DNA of 64,000 nucleotides from Reyranella sp. (GCA_044225265.1 JBGAIW010000001.1:47872-111871); one strand, 5' to 3'. Counted from the stretch's first letter, positions 1-8,734 are shown. The notes: generated by a model not told the origin, from the sequence alone. Numbers and translations: made by a program.

Positions 1-360
1 CGGCTCGCGTCCGGTCCGGGTCTCGAACAGGGCCCGCGGCAGGTCGACCATGCGCGAGGTCGGCCGGCGCTCGTACTGCACTGGCGTGCCGCAGCGGGCG
101 CAGAACGTCCGGACCGAACCGGTCTTTTCGTCTTCGAACCGGCCCAAGCTTCGTTTGCCCTTGGCGATGCGCACGTTCTTGCGCCAGCAGCCGACGTAGG
201 TCGCGTAGGCCGCGCCATGTGCCACGCGGCTGGCTTCGGAGTGGTCATGCCAGGCCCAGAAGGCCGGATACTTGAACTCGATTTCTATCGCGCCGCACAG
301 GCAGCGGCCGCGAACGGTCGCGCTGCGGCGCGATTTTTCGTCCTCGTCCGACGAGTTCAC
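1..360 (-). CDS. GFA/CENP-V family protein, atypical (partial, runs off window start)
   Basis: Hand translation from GTG at 360 (GTGA overlap with the GGT stop): ...GRCLCGAIEIEF...WHDHSEASRVAHGAAY...RTFCARCGTPV; open to position 1. Confidence 0.8.
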   Translation of the reverse strand, partial: MNSSDEDEKSRRSATVRGRCLCGAIEIEFKYPAFWAWHDHSEASRVAHGAAYATYVGCWRKNVRIAKGKRSLGRFEDEKTGSVRTFCARCGTPVQYERRPTSRMVDLPRALFETRTGREP

Positions 361-1970
361 ACCGGTACGCAGTAGCCGTCGCGCCGCGGATCGCAGCCGC
401 CGGTGAAGGTGCCGGTTTCGGGATCGACCGCCACGCCCTGCATGCCGCCGACCTTCATCGTCCAGTCGGGGCCGCTGGTGAGGGCGTGGCCGCGTTCGCG
501 CAGCTCGGCATGCACCTTGGCATCGACGCGGGTCTCGAGCGTCACCTCGCGGCCGTCGGTGAGGCGCGCGCGCGGCGCTTCGATCGCCTGCTGGATCGGC
601 AGGCCGTAGTCGACGTGCTGTACGAAGGCCTGAGGCTGGGTCTGCAGGATGCCGTAGCTGCCCGGCGTGCCGAGCGCCATGATCGGCTTGCCATCCTGTG
701 TCACGATCGAGGGTGCCACGCAGACCGGCATGATCTCGCCGGGCCTGACGCGGTTGGGGCTGTCCGGATTGACGTCCGCCCAATAGAGGAAGTTGTTGCA
801 GCACACGCCGGTGCCCGGAACGACCACGCCGGAGCCGAACACGGCGCCGAGGCTTTGGGTCACGCACACCATGTTGCCTTCGGCGTCGGCGATCGAGAAC
901 GAGGTCGTGTGACCCTCCTCGGGCTTGTCCTTCAGGTCGGCGGTCCATTGCTCGGTAGGGCCGGTGATCGGCTTCTTGTCGCGCACGCGCTTGCGCAGGC
1001 CCTCGACATGGCCGTCGGACAGCAGCTCGGCGAGCTTCTGCTTGGTCGGCACGCCGTTGCGGATGCGCACGCCGGCGGCGAGACGAATGGCGCGCAGCAC
1101 CGTGTCGATATGGTCGGTGCCGTTGCGCGGCATCTTGGAGAAGTCGAAGCCCTCCAGGATGCGCAAGGTCAGCAGGTACTGGAACGCCTCGCAGGGCGGC
1201 GGCGGCACGTGCACGGTGCGGCCGCGATAGTCGGCCGACACGGGATCCTGCCATTCGGTCCGCGCCTCGCGCATGTCGTCGATCGTCAGCACGCCGCCCA
1301 GCTCGGTCAGCCGGTCGATCAGCTTCTGGCCGAGTGCGCCGCCATAGAGAAGGCCGGGGCCCTCGGTGGCGATCGCCTCGAGCGTCCTCGCGAGATCGGC
1401 CTGCTTCAGCACCGCCCCAAGCCTGGGCGAGCCGCCGCTGATGTTCTCGAGATAGTTCCTGCTCCATTCGGGGTAGAGCGCACTATGGCCGCGGAGCTGG
1501 CCGGTGACGCCGCTGATCTCCTCGACGTTGAACTCGATCAGCGAGAAGCCGTCGCGCGCCAGCTTGATCGCCGGCGCGAACAGTTCCGGCAGCTTCTTGG
1601 TGCCGTAATCCTCGACCATGCGGCACCAGCCGGCGAGATTGCCCGGCGCGCCGACCGACAGCGGCCCGCGCGCCAGCTGCTCGCGCTGCTTCAGCCGGTC
1701 GAGCGGGAAGCGGCGCGGGATCGTGCCCATGAAGGAGAGCGAGCGCACCCGCCGCTCGCTGGCGACGTAGCAGGTCGCGAGGCCCTGGCCGGCGAGACCC
1801 GACATGTAGGGTTCGACGACGTTCAGGGCCGCGGCGGTGGCTGCTGCCGCGTCGAACGCGTTGCCGCCATTGCCTAGGATGCGCGCGCCGGCCGCCGCCG
1901 CCAGAGGATGGGCGGCCGCCACCATTCCGTGGCGCGACGTGACGGTCGGACGTTTTCCATGCTGCAACAT
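357..1970 (-). CDS. ggt: Gamma-glutamyltransferase family protein (no signal peptide)
   Basis: GGNAFDAA, EPYMSGLAG, autocleavage HTTSFSIAD, GTPG, DPRRDG motifs. Confidence 0.9.
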   Translation of the reverse strand: MLQHGKRPTVTSRHGMVAAAHPLAAAAGARILGNGGNAFDAAAATAAALNVVEPYMSGLAGQGLATCYVASERRVRSLSFMGTIPRRFPLDRLKQREQLARGPLSVGAPGNLAGWCRMVEDYGTKKLPELFAPAIKLARDGFSLIEFNVEEISGVTGQLRGHSALYPEWSRNYLENISGGSPRLGAVLKQADLARTLEAIATEGPGLLYGGALGQKLIDRLTELGGVLTIDDMREARTEWQDPVSADYRGRTVHVPPPPCEAFQYLLTLRILEGFDFSKMPRNGTDHIDTVLRAIRLAAGVRIRNGVPTKQKLAELLSDGHVEGLRKRVRDKKPITGPTEQWTADLKDKPEEGHTTSFSIADAEGNMVCVTQSLGAVFGSGVVVPGTGVCCNNFLYWADVNPDSPNRVRPGEIMPVCVAPSIVTQDGKPIMALGTPGSYGILQTQPQAFVQHVDYGLPIQQAIEAPRARLTDGREVTLETRVDAKVHAELRERGHALTSGPDWTMKVGGMQGVAVDPETGTFTGGCDPRRDGYCVPV

Positions 1971-2032
1971 CGGAACTCCCCAAAACGCGCGCGGATCATG
2001 ACGTCTTTGCGCCGGCTGCGCTACAGTGCGGC

Positions 2033-3109
2033 ATGCGCAGATTGGAATTCGGCTGGTTCCTGCCGACGGCAGGAGACACCACGGCCTACGGCGTCGCCGA
2101 CGCCCTCGTCCCGCCCTCGCTTCAGTTGTTCGACAAGGTCGTCCAGGCGGCCGAAGCGGCGGGCTTCGAATACATGCTGGTGCCCGTGCAGACCGCGTGC
2201 TGGGAGGCGTGGATCTCCTCGGCGATGATGGTGGCGCGTTCGAAGTCGATCCGCATGCTGGTGGCGGCGCGGCCGTCCTACATCAATCCGGTCCTGCTGG
2301 CCAAGATGATCGCGGCCTTCGACCAGCTCTCGGGCGGCCGTGTCTGCATCAACCTGATTGCAGGCCAGAGCGAGGCGGAGAACGCCTCCGAAGGCATCAG
2401 GTGGGGCAAGGAAGAGCGCTACGAGATCATGGAAGAGGAGGTCTCGATCCTGAAGGCGCTGTGGACGCAGAACAGGGTCGATTACGACGGCAAGTTCTAC
2501 CAGCTCAAGGGGGCGCAGATCCGGCCGCATCCGCTGCAGAAGCCGCATCCGAGGTTCTATCTCGGCGGCGGCAGCCAGCAGGCCTGGGAAATCTCGGCCA
2601 AGCACTCCGACGTTCACCTGTTCTGGGGCGACACCTACGAGCGCATCCGCGACAACATGAAGACGATCCGCGGCATGGCGGCCCGGCACGGCCGCGAGAA
2701 CGACATCGGCTTCGGCATGCGCCTGCAGATCGTCTGCCGCCCGACCGAAAAGGAGGCGTGGGACTTCGCCAACGAGCTGGTCGGTCACGCGACGGCATCG
2801 CAGAAGCAGTTCGTGAAGGAGCGCTTCGCCACGTCGGAGGCCAACCGCCGCGTGCGCGAGCTCGCTGCCATGGGCAAGGTGATCGAGCGCAATCTGTGGA
2901 CCGGCATCACCGAGGTGCGGCCGGGCGCCGGCATCGCCATCGTCGGCACGCCCGAGCAGTGCGCCCAGACGCTGCAGGATTTCATCGATCTCGGCTGCCA
3001 CTCGTTCTGCCTCTCGGGCTACCTGCACGACGAGGAGGCCGAGCGTTTCGGAAAGTGGGTGATGCCGATCCTGCGCGAACGCAATCGCGAGCGGATGCTG
3101 GCGGCCTAG
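2033..3109 (+). CDS. LLM-class flavin-dependent monooxygenase, SsuD-like
   Basis: FGWFLPTAGD, LVAARP, DQLSGGR, YLGGGS, NLWTG, IVGTPEQ. Confidence 0.85.
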   Translation: MRRLEFGWFLPTAGDTTAYGVADALVPPSLQLFDKVVQAAEAAGFEYMLVPVQTACWEAWISSAMMVARSKSIRMLVAARPSYINPVLLAKMIAAFDQLSGGRVCINLIAGQSEAENASEGIRWGKEERYEIMEEEVSILKALWTQNRVDYDGKFYQLKGAQIRPHPLQKPHPRFYLGGGSQQAWEISAKHSDVHLFWGDTYERIRDNMKTIRGMAARHGRENDIGFGMRLQIVCRPTEKEAWDFANELVGHATASQKQFVKERFATSEANRRVRELAAMGKVIERNLWTGITEVRPGAGIAIVGTPEQCAQTLQDFIDLGCHSFCLSGYLHDEEAERFGKWVMPILRERNRERMLAA

Positions 3110-3119
3110 CGCCGCCGCC

Positions 3120-4487
3120 CTACTTCTCGTCGTTCCAGAGGAAGTGGTCGACGTCGGTGATCCAGCGCTTGTGCGCGTCGAGGAACTGCCAACCCTTGAA
3201 GTCCTTCGGCGGCACCACGATGCCGTTGCCGGTCGCGCGCCGCATCACCAGGCTCTGGCTGACCAGCGCCCAGTTCTCGACCATGTCGCTGTAGGGCTTG
3301 CGGCCGAACGGCGTTTCCTCGATCGGGATCAGGCCCGAGCGCGCCGCGATGGTCGCCTGGAACGCCGACACGCTGCGGCGCCACAGTTCGGTGAGCTGCA
3401 GGTCGGCCGGCACGGCAGCCAGCAGGCCGACGAAAGCGAACAGCAGCAGGCGCCATCCGTTCGCGGCACGCGACAGCGTGGCCAGCGCGCCCGGCATCCA
3501 GGCCGGCCTCATGGCGTAGATCCAGATGGCGATCGCCATCGCCGCCAGCACCACGCCGGCTGCCATGCGCGTGTGATAGTGGGACTTGGGCAGCGGCTGC
3601 CCCGTGCCGTCGGCGGTCAGGCGCGCCAGCGGGCAGAGCGCCAGAAGCAGCAGCAGCGCGCCGGCCACGAGATAGATCTGGCGATGCTCGAGCAGCTTCG
3701 GACGGACGAGGCCCGCGATCGAAATGATGGTCACCGCGCCGAGCGGCAGGATGAACTGCACGTTGGTGCCGAACAGCCAGATGCCGGACAGGGCATCGTC
3801 GACCCGACCCTCGGGATGGGGGCCGAGCAGCGAGTGCAGCGACAGGCCGGCGGCCGCGACGAACAGCAGCGCCGCCACGACATGCAGCACGCCGCCCGGC
3901 CCGCGCGCCCCGGAAACCCGCAGGCGCCAGCCGATCATCAGGGCGGCCAGCAGGCCGAAGGCGAGCACGATCTCGTAGGAGCGCAGCAGCATCACCGCCG
4001 TCGCGACCAGCATCAGGCCGTCGCCGACGCTCGGCCGCCGCGAGGTCGCGACCACCATCGCGACGAACAGGATCGCCGGCAGGATCGTGTTGTACTCGCC
4101 CATGATGAAGAAGCTGGTCGGCAGGAAGACCACCGTGATGGCCAGGATCGCTGCCGCGAGCAGCGCCGGATCGTGCCGGGCGCGGAACAGGCAGGCATGG
4201 CAATAGGCGGTCGGCACGAAGAACAGGCCGGCCGAAAGCAGGCGTCCCAGCAAATGCGTGTCGGTGATGCCGAGCAGAAGGCCGATCGCCGCCGGCGTCT
4301 GGGTGACCGCCATCAGGGTCTGGCGGCTGTCGTAGAACAGCGCGTAACCGCCATTGTGCATCATATATAAGAGAGCGGCGCTGCCATCGACGAACAGGCC
4401 GCGCGCCATCCAGCTGTGCCAGATCGCCAGCCCCCAGATCAGCACCGCCGTCGAGCGATAGACGGCCGTCGTGCCCGTTCCCTCCAT
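3120..4487 (-). CDS. Polytopic integral membrane protein, unknown function
   Basis: Many hydrophobic segments; start re-assigned to ATG 4487 (MEGTGTT), preceded by a TATAGT box. Confidence 0.7.
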   Translation of the reverse strand: MEGTGTTAVYRSTAVLIWGLAIWHSWMARGLFVDGSAALLYMMHNGGYALFYDSRQTLMAVTQTPAAIGLLLGITDTHLLGRLLSAGLFFVPTAYCHACLFRARHDPALLAAAILAITVVFLPTSFFIMGEYNTILPAILFVAMVVATSRRPSVGDGLMLVATAVMLLRSYEIVLAFGLLAALMIGWRLRVSGARGPGGVLHVVAALLFVAAAGLSLHSLLGPHPEGRVDDALSGIWLFGTNVQFILPLGAVTIISIAGLVRPKLLEHRQIYLVAGALLLLLALCPLARLTADGTGQPLPKSHYHTRMAAGVVLAAMAIAIWIYAMRPAWMPGALATLSRAANGWRLLLFAFVGLLAAVPADLQLTELWRRSVSAFQATIAARSGLIPIEETPFGRKPYSDMVENWALVSQSLVMRRATGNGIVVPPKDFKGWQFLDAHKRWITDVDHFLWNDEK

Positions 4488-4592
4488 GGCGGCACTATAG
4501 GCCACGATTGCATTGACCGAGCAACCGGACGCGATGTCGCCGGGCGGTTCCGGGCGGTGGTTGAACGCAGGCCGCTGTCCTATACAGCAACC

Positions 4593-5648
4593 ATGCAGCT
4601 CGCCTCCCGCGCCTACGAAGCCGCCGACATCGGCGCCGTCCAGGAGCTCTATCACTCCAACGGCTGGACGGACGGCCTGCCGATCGTGCCGCCGACCGAA
4701 GAGGCCGTCCGCGCCTGTCTCGACTGGGCGATGATGCCGCCTGACCAGCTGATCGGCGTCGAGCCGGTCAGGGGCCTCGCCATCACCGCCGAGAAGCTCG
4801 CGATCAACGCCGTGATGGCGGGTTGCCTGCCGATGCATTTCCCGGTCGTGCTGACCGCCTGGACAGCCATGATGCAGGAGCCGTTCCTGATGCACGGCGC
4901 CACCGCGAGCACCGGCGGCTGCGCCGTGCTGGTGGTGCTGAACGGTCCGATCCGGCTGGAGATCGGCGCCTCGGGAAGCTTCAACGCGCTCGGCAACAGC
5001 GACCGCGCCACGGCGGTGATCGGCCGCGCCGTCCGCCTCTGCCTGATCAACCTGATGGACGTGCGCCCCGGCGCGATCGACCGCTCGACCCTGGGCCATC
5101 CCGGCAAGTTCAGCTACTGCATCGCCGAGGACGAGGAAGACACGTCCTGGCTGCCGCTGCACGTGACGCGCGGCGTCGAGCGCGCGGCCTCGGCGGTCAC
5201 CGTGATGGCGGCCGGCGCGCCGCGCCAGATCATGAACGAGTGGACGACCAAGCCGGAGGAGATCCTCGAGACCTTCGCTGCCGAAATGCGCGCCAACCTG
5301 CGCCACTACTCGATCCATCCCGGCAACTACGCGATCGTCATTCCCAAGCAGCTGCGCGAGCATCTGCAGGGCGCGGGCTGGACCAAGGCGAAGATCGCCG
5401 AATTCATCCACGAGCGCGCCCGCATCAAGCGCAGCGAATGGGCCGACGTCGGCAAGGGTGCCGTGGTGCGCGACCGCGGCGACAGCGTCTATCCCGCGAT
5501 GGAATCGCCCGAGCAGCTGCTGGTGATCGCCGCCGGCGGGCCGGCCGGCGGCTTCGGCGCGGTGATCCCGCCGTGGCTCGGCAACAAGAGTTACGCCGTG
5601 ACCGTGCCGATCGGCGCCTGTATCGACTGCGAGCCGCCGAAGAAGTAA
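4593..5648 (+). CDS. Conserved hypothetical protein of the type found beside UGSC (seleno)proteins
   Basis: GWTDGLPIVPPT, KLAINAVMAGC, GATASTG, NSDRATAVIGRA, AGGPAG, C-terminal CIDC; start re-assigned to ATG 4593. Confidence 0.75.
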   Translation: MQLASRAYEAADIGAVQELYHSNGWTDGLPIVPPTEEAVRACLDWAMMPPDQLIGVEPVRGLAITAEKLAINAVMAGCLPMHFPVVLTAWTAMMQEPFLMHGATASTGGCAVLVVLNGPIRLEIGASGSFNALGNSDRATAVIGRAVRLCLINLMDVRPGAIDRSTLGHPGKFSYCIAEDEEDTSWLPLHVTRGVERAASAVTVMAAGAPRQIMNEWTTKPEEILETFAAEMRANLRHYSIHPGNYAIVIPKQLREHLQGAGWTKAKIAEFIHERARIKRSEWADVGKGAVVRDRGDSVYPAMESPEQLLVIAAGGPAGGFGAVIPPWLGNKSYAVTVPIGACIDCEPPKK

Positions 5649-5659
5649 ACAATCAGGCC

Positions 5660-6184
5660 ATGACCTTCCGCGTCCTCGACCCCACCCCGGAGAAGGCCCC
5701 GCCGCGCGGCCAGGCCGCGCCGCGGCTCGACACGCTCCGCGGCAAGACCGTGGGCTTCATCTCCAACGGCAAGGAAGGCACCAAGGGCTTCTTCGGCCAT
5801 CTCGACCGGGTGTTGCGCGAGGAGTACGGCGTGAAGAACGTCGTGTTCCGGACCAAGTCGAACTACAGCGCGCCCGCCGATCCGCACATCGTCGCCGAAA
5901 TCGGGCAATGGGACGCCGTCATCTCCGGCATCGGAGATTGAGGCTCCTGTTCATCGTGCAGTCTGCACGACGCCGTTACCGCCGAACGCCACGGAGTGCC
6001 CGCCGTGGGCGTGATGACCACGCGCTTCGTCAGTGCCGCCGAGATGATGGGCAAGGTGCTGGGCATGCCGGGCTACGAATTCGCCACCATCGAGCATCCG
6101 GTGAGCAGCGCCACCGACGCCGAACTGCTGGACCGTGCCCGCGCCACGATCGAGCAGGGGCTGAAGCTTCTCGTTAAGGGCTGA
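5660..6184 (+). CDS. UGSC-family selenoprotein (Sec at TGA 5939-5941), 174 aa
   Basis: MTFRVLDPT...GIGD-TGA-GSCSSCSLHDAVTAERHGVPAVG...EHPVSS in one frame; SECIS-like hairpin just downstream. Confidence 0.88.
5954..5970 (+). promoter_or_regulatory. Putative bacterial SECIS element
   Basis: TCGTGCA-GTC-TGCACGA perfect 7-bp stem, loop starting GU, beginning 12 nt after the TGA. Confidence 0.75.
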
Positions 6185-6186
6185 CC

Positions 6187-6966
6187 CTAGGTCGGCCAGG
6201 TGAAGCGGATGTTGTTCCTGGCGATGCCGTCGAGAACGATGTTCACGCCGCCCGACTTCATCATCCATTCCAGGCGATGGTCGCGATATTCGCGGCGGAT
6301 CGCGCCGGAAGCCAGGCGCTCGGCGGCATTGCCCATGCCCTGGGTCGCGCCCTCGAACTCCCTGAAGGTCGCGGCCACCGACGGGCGCGTACAGAGCCGT
6401 GCGTGCCAGGCCTTCAGCGGCGATCCTTCGACCGGTCCGATGCCGTAGTGGACGGAGCGGTTGAGGTAGGGCGCGACGCTCAGGTCGGCCCAGCCGAAGG
6501 TCGCGCCCCCGAACCACTCCTTGTCACCCAGTCTTTCCGTCAGCCAGTCGAGCAGCTGCCCGGTCTGCGCCGCGGCCTTGGCCGTCATGTCGTCGGCCTG
6601 CTTGCCCTCGGCGCGCTTGAACCAGCGGATCTCCCCAAGGCCCTAGTTGATCGCCTCGTAGAGCGCGTCGCAGAGATCCTCGATCATGCGCGCCTCGGCG
6701 CGCGCGGCGGGATCGCGCGGCAGCAGGGCAGGCGAGGGGTGCTTGTCCTCGAGATATTCCAGGATGATCGTGGAATCGAAGATGCGCGCCGGCCCATCGA
6801 TCAGGGTCGGCACTTCGAGCCGCGGGCTCGATGCGGCGAACGAGCCGGTCGAGTTGCCCGAGCCCAGGCCCTGCGGCGTCTCGACGTCGAACATGAGACC
6901 CTTCTCGCGCAGCGCGATCTTGACCTTCTGGGCGTACGACGACAGCGGATGTTCGTAGAGCAGCAT
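6187..6966 (-). pseudogene. Glutathione S-transferase interrupted by in-frame TAG (6643-6645)
   Basis: GST N-domain (SSYAQKVKIALREK, EVPTL, FDSTIILEYLE) and C-domain (FGWADLSV) share one frame across EAIN*GLGEIRWF. Confidence 0.75.
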
Positions 6967-7310
6967 CAGCCGAGTTCCAGCTTCACCTCGACGGCGGCGC
7001 TGGCGATCACTGCCGGATCGTTGTTCTCCGGATCGGCGACGTCGAGGCCGCCCTTCACTGCCTTCACGGTGACGATGCCGTGCGGCAGCGAGGCCTTCAC
7101 CTTCTCGAGATCGACCTTGTCGGGCTGCTGAACGCCGATCGTGACGTTCACGAACATGTGGGTCTTGGAATTGACCTTGAGCGCCCGCAGCATCGTCAGT
7201 GACGAATGGTGCAGGGCGTCCTGCACTGCGCGCAGGGCGGCCTTGGTGTAGTCGCCGCCGTGCAGGTCGTTGCCGGTGCCGAGCTCGAGAATGACGCGCT
7301 TCTGGGTCAT
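6966..7310 (-). CDS. Lin0512 family protein
   Basis: ILELGTGNDLHGGDYTKAALRAVQDALHHSSL, LPHG, GGL. Confidence 0.85.
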   Translation of the reverse strand: MTQKRVILELGTGNDLHGGDYTKAALRAVQDALHHSSLTMLRALKVNSKTHMFVNVTIGVQQPDKVDLEKVKASLPHGIVTVKAVKGGLDVADPENNDPAVIASAAVEVKLELG

Positions 7311-7335
7311 GTTGCGCTCCTCAGATGTCCAGCCG

Positions 7336-7674
7336 CTAAATATCCAGCCTGACTATGGCGGCGGCCTGGGCGATCACCGTCTTGTCGGTGCCGGCCTCGT
7401 TGGCGATCTCGAGACCGCCCTCGAACACCTTCACCGTACCGGTGCCGTGCGGCAGGATCTTCAGCACCTCCCTGGTATCGACCTGGTCGGGCTTCGGCAC
7501 GCCGATCAACACCTCGACCTGCATGTCGTCGCTCGACTTGCCGAGCGCCGTGGCGACGGTCAGCGAGTTGTGCCACAGTGCGTCACGCAAGGCGCGGACC
7601 GCTGCCTTGGTGTAGTCGGCACCGCGGATGTCGGTGCCCATGCCGATTTCCAGGGCGACGCGCTTCAACGCCAT
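7336..7674 (-). CDS. Lin0512 family protein (second paralog)
   Basis: LEIGMGTDIRGADYTKAAVRALRDALWHNSL, LPHG, GGL; ATG 7674 after AGGAGG. Confidence 0.85.
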   Translation of the reverse strand: MALKRVALEIGMGTDIRGADYTKAAVRALRDALWHNSLTVATALGKSSDDMQVEVLIGVPKPDQVDTREVLKILPHGTGTVKVFEGGLEIANEAGTDKTVIAQAAAIVRLDI

Positions 7675-7685
7675 GACGGTCCTCC

Positions 7686-8669
7686 TTACGACTTGGCGAG
7701 CCCGGCCTTCACCAGCAGGGGCTTCACCTCGACGAAATACTTCTCGGCGAAGGCCCGATACTCCGCCGGGTTCTTGTACCAGGGAAGCTGCAGGAATTGC
7801 TCGAGATAGGCGTTGATCTTGGGCTCGTCCATTGCCGTACGGAAGGCCTGATAGATCGTCTCGACGATCTCGGGCGGCATGTTCTTCGGTCCGACCAGCC
7901 CGTACGGGCTCTGGCCCACGACGTTGATGCCCTGCTCGATCAGGGTCGGCGTGTCCTTGTACTTGGGAATTCGCTTCTCGGTCGCCATGGCGAGGATGCG
8001 GCACTGGCCGTTGTCGACGAACGGTGCCCATTGCGCGGCGTCCGCCAGGAAGTGCACCTGGTCCGACAGCAGCGCCTGCATCCATTCGGCGCCGCCCTTG
8101 TAGGGCACGTGGGTGAACTTGGCGCCGGTCGACTGCTCGACCTCGATCATCATGAGCTGGCCGGTGCCGCCCACGCCGGACGTGCCGTAATTGTACTTCT
8201 CCGGCTCCTTCTTTCCTGCCGCCAGCAGGTCGTCGAGCTTCTGCCACGGCGAGGTCGAGCGCGTGACGATGCCCATCGTATAGCCCGACAGGCCGCAGAT
8301 GTAGGTGAAGTCCTTGAGCGGGTCCCAGTTGACCTGCTGGTAGTGCGGGTAGCGCAGGCTGTTGATGCTCATGCAGGCGAGCGTCTGGCCGTCCGGCTTG
8401 GCGTTCATCAGCATCGCCGGCGCCAGCGTCCCGGCCGCACCCGCCTTGACGTCGATGATCACCTGTTGGCCGAGGATCTTGGTCACCGTCTCGCCCAGCA
8501 TGCGCATGTGAACGTCGGTCACGCCGCCGGCGGCGAACGGATTGTAGATCGTGATCGGCCTGTCGGGCTTCCACTTGCCCTGGCTGCGCGCCACCATCGG
8601 GGCGGCGAGCGTGGTGGCGCCGGCCAGCGCGGCGAAACGGCGACGGTGAAGCAGAGCGGAGCGCGACAC
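7686..8669 (-). CDS. Bug/TctC tripartite tricarboxylate transporter receptor
   Basis: PFAAGGVTD, KAGAAG, KPDGQTL, YGTSGVG, HVPYKGG; twin-arginine-like leader. Confidence 0.9.
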   Translation of the reverse strand: MSRSALLHRRRFAALAGATTLAAPMVARSQGKWKPDRPITIYNPFAAGGVTDVHMRMLGETVTKILGQQVIIDVKAGAAGTLAPAMLMNAKPDGQTLACMSINSLRYPHYQQVNWDPLKDFTYICGLSGYTMGIVTRSTSPWQKLDDLLAAGKKEPEKYNYGTSGVGGTGQLMMIEVEQSTGAKFTHVPYKGGAEWMQALLSDQVHFLADAAQWAPFVDNGQCRILAMATEKRIPKYKDTPTLIEQGINVVGQSPYGLVGPKNMPPEIVETIYQAFRTAMDEPKINAYLEQFLQLPWYKNPAEYRAFAEKYFVEVKPLLVKAGLAKS

Positions 8670-8734
8670 GTTTCCTCCATCCTTTTTTTGACTGTCGTTT
8701 CTCAGTACAGTCCAAATGTGAGGAGGTTAAGCGG

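Noticed and set aside
5939-5941. TGA as Trp (code 4) or simple nonsense mutation
   Set aside because: TGA is the normal stop for many genes here; the Cys-rich motif and SECIS-like hairpin favour Sec.
6643-7338. Pyrrolysine or genome-wide TAG reassignment suggested by two TAGs followed by in-frame sequence in one operon
   Set aside because: TAG ends many ordinary genes at their natural C-termini (e.g. 3109, 9686, 28135, 52419) and no pyl genes are visible.
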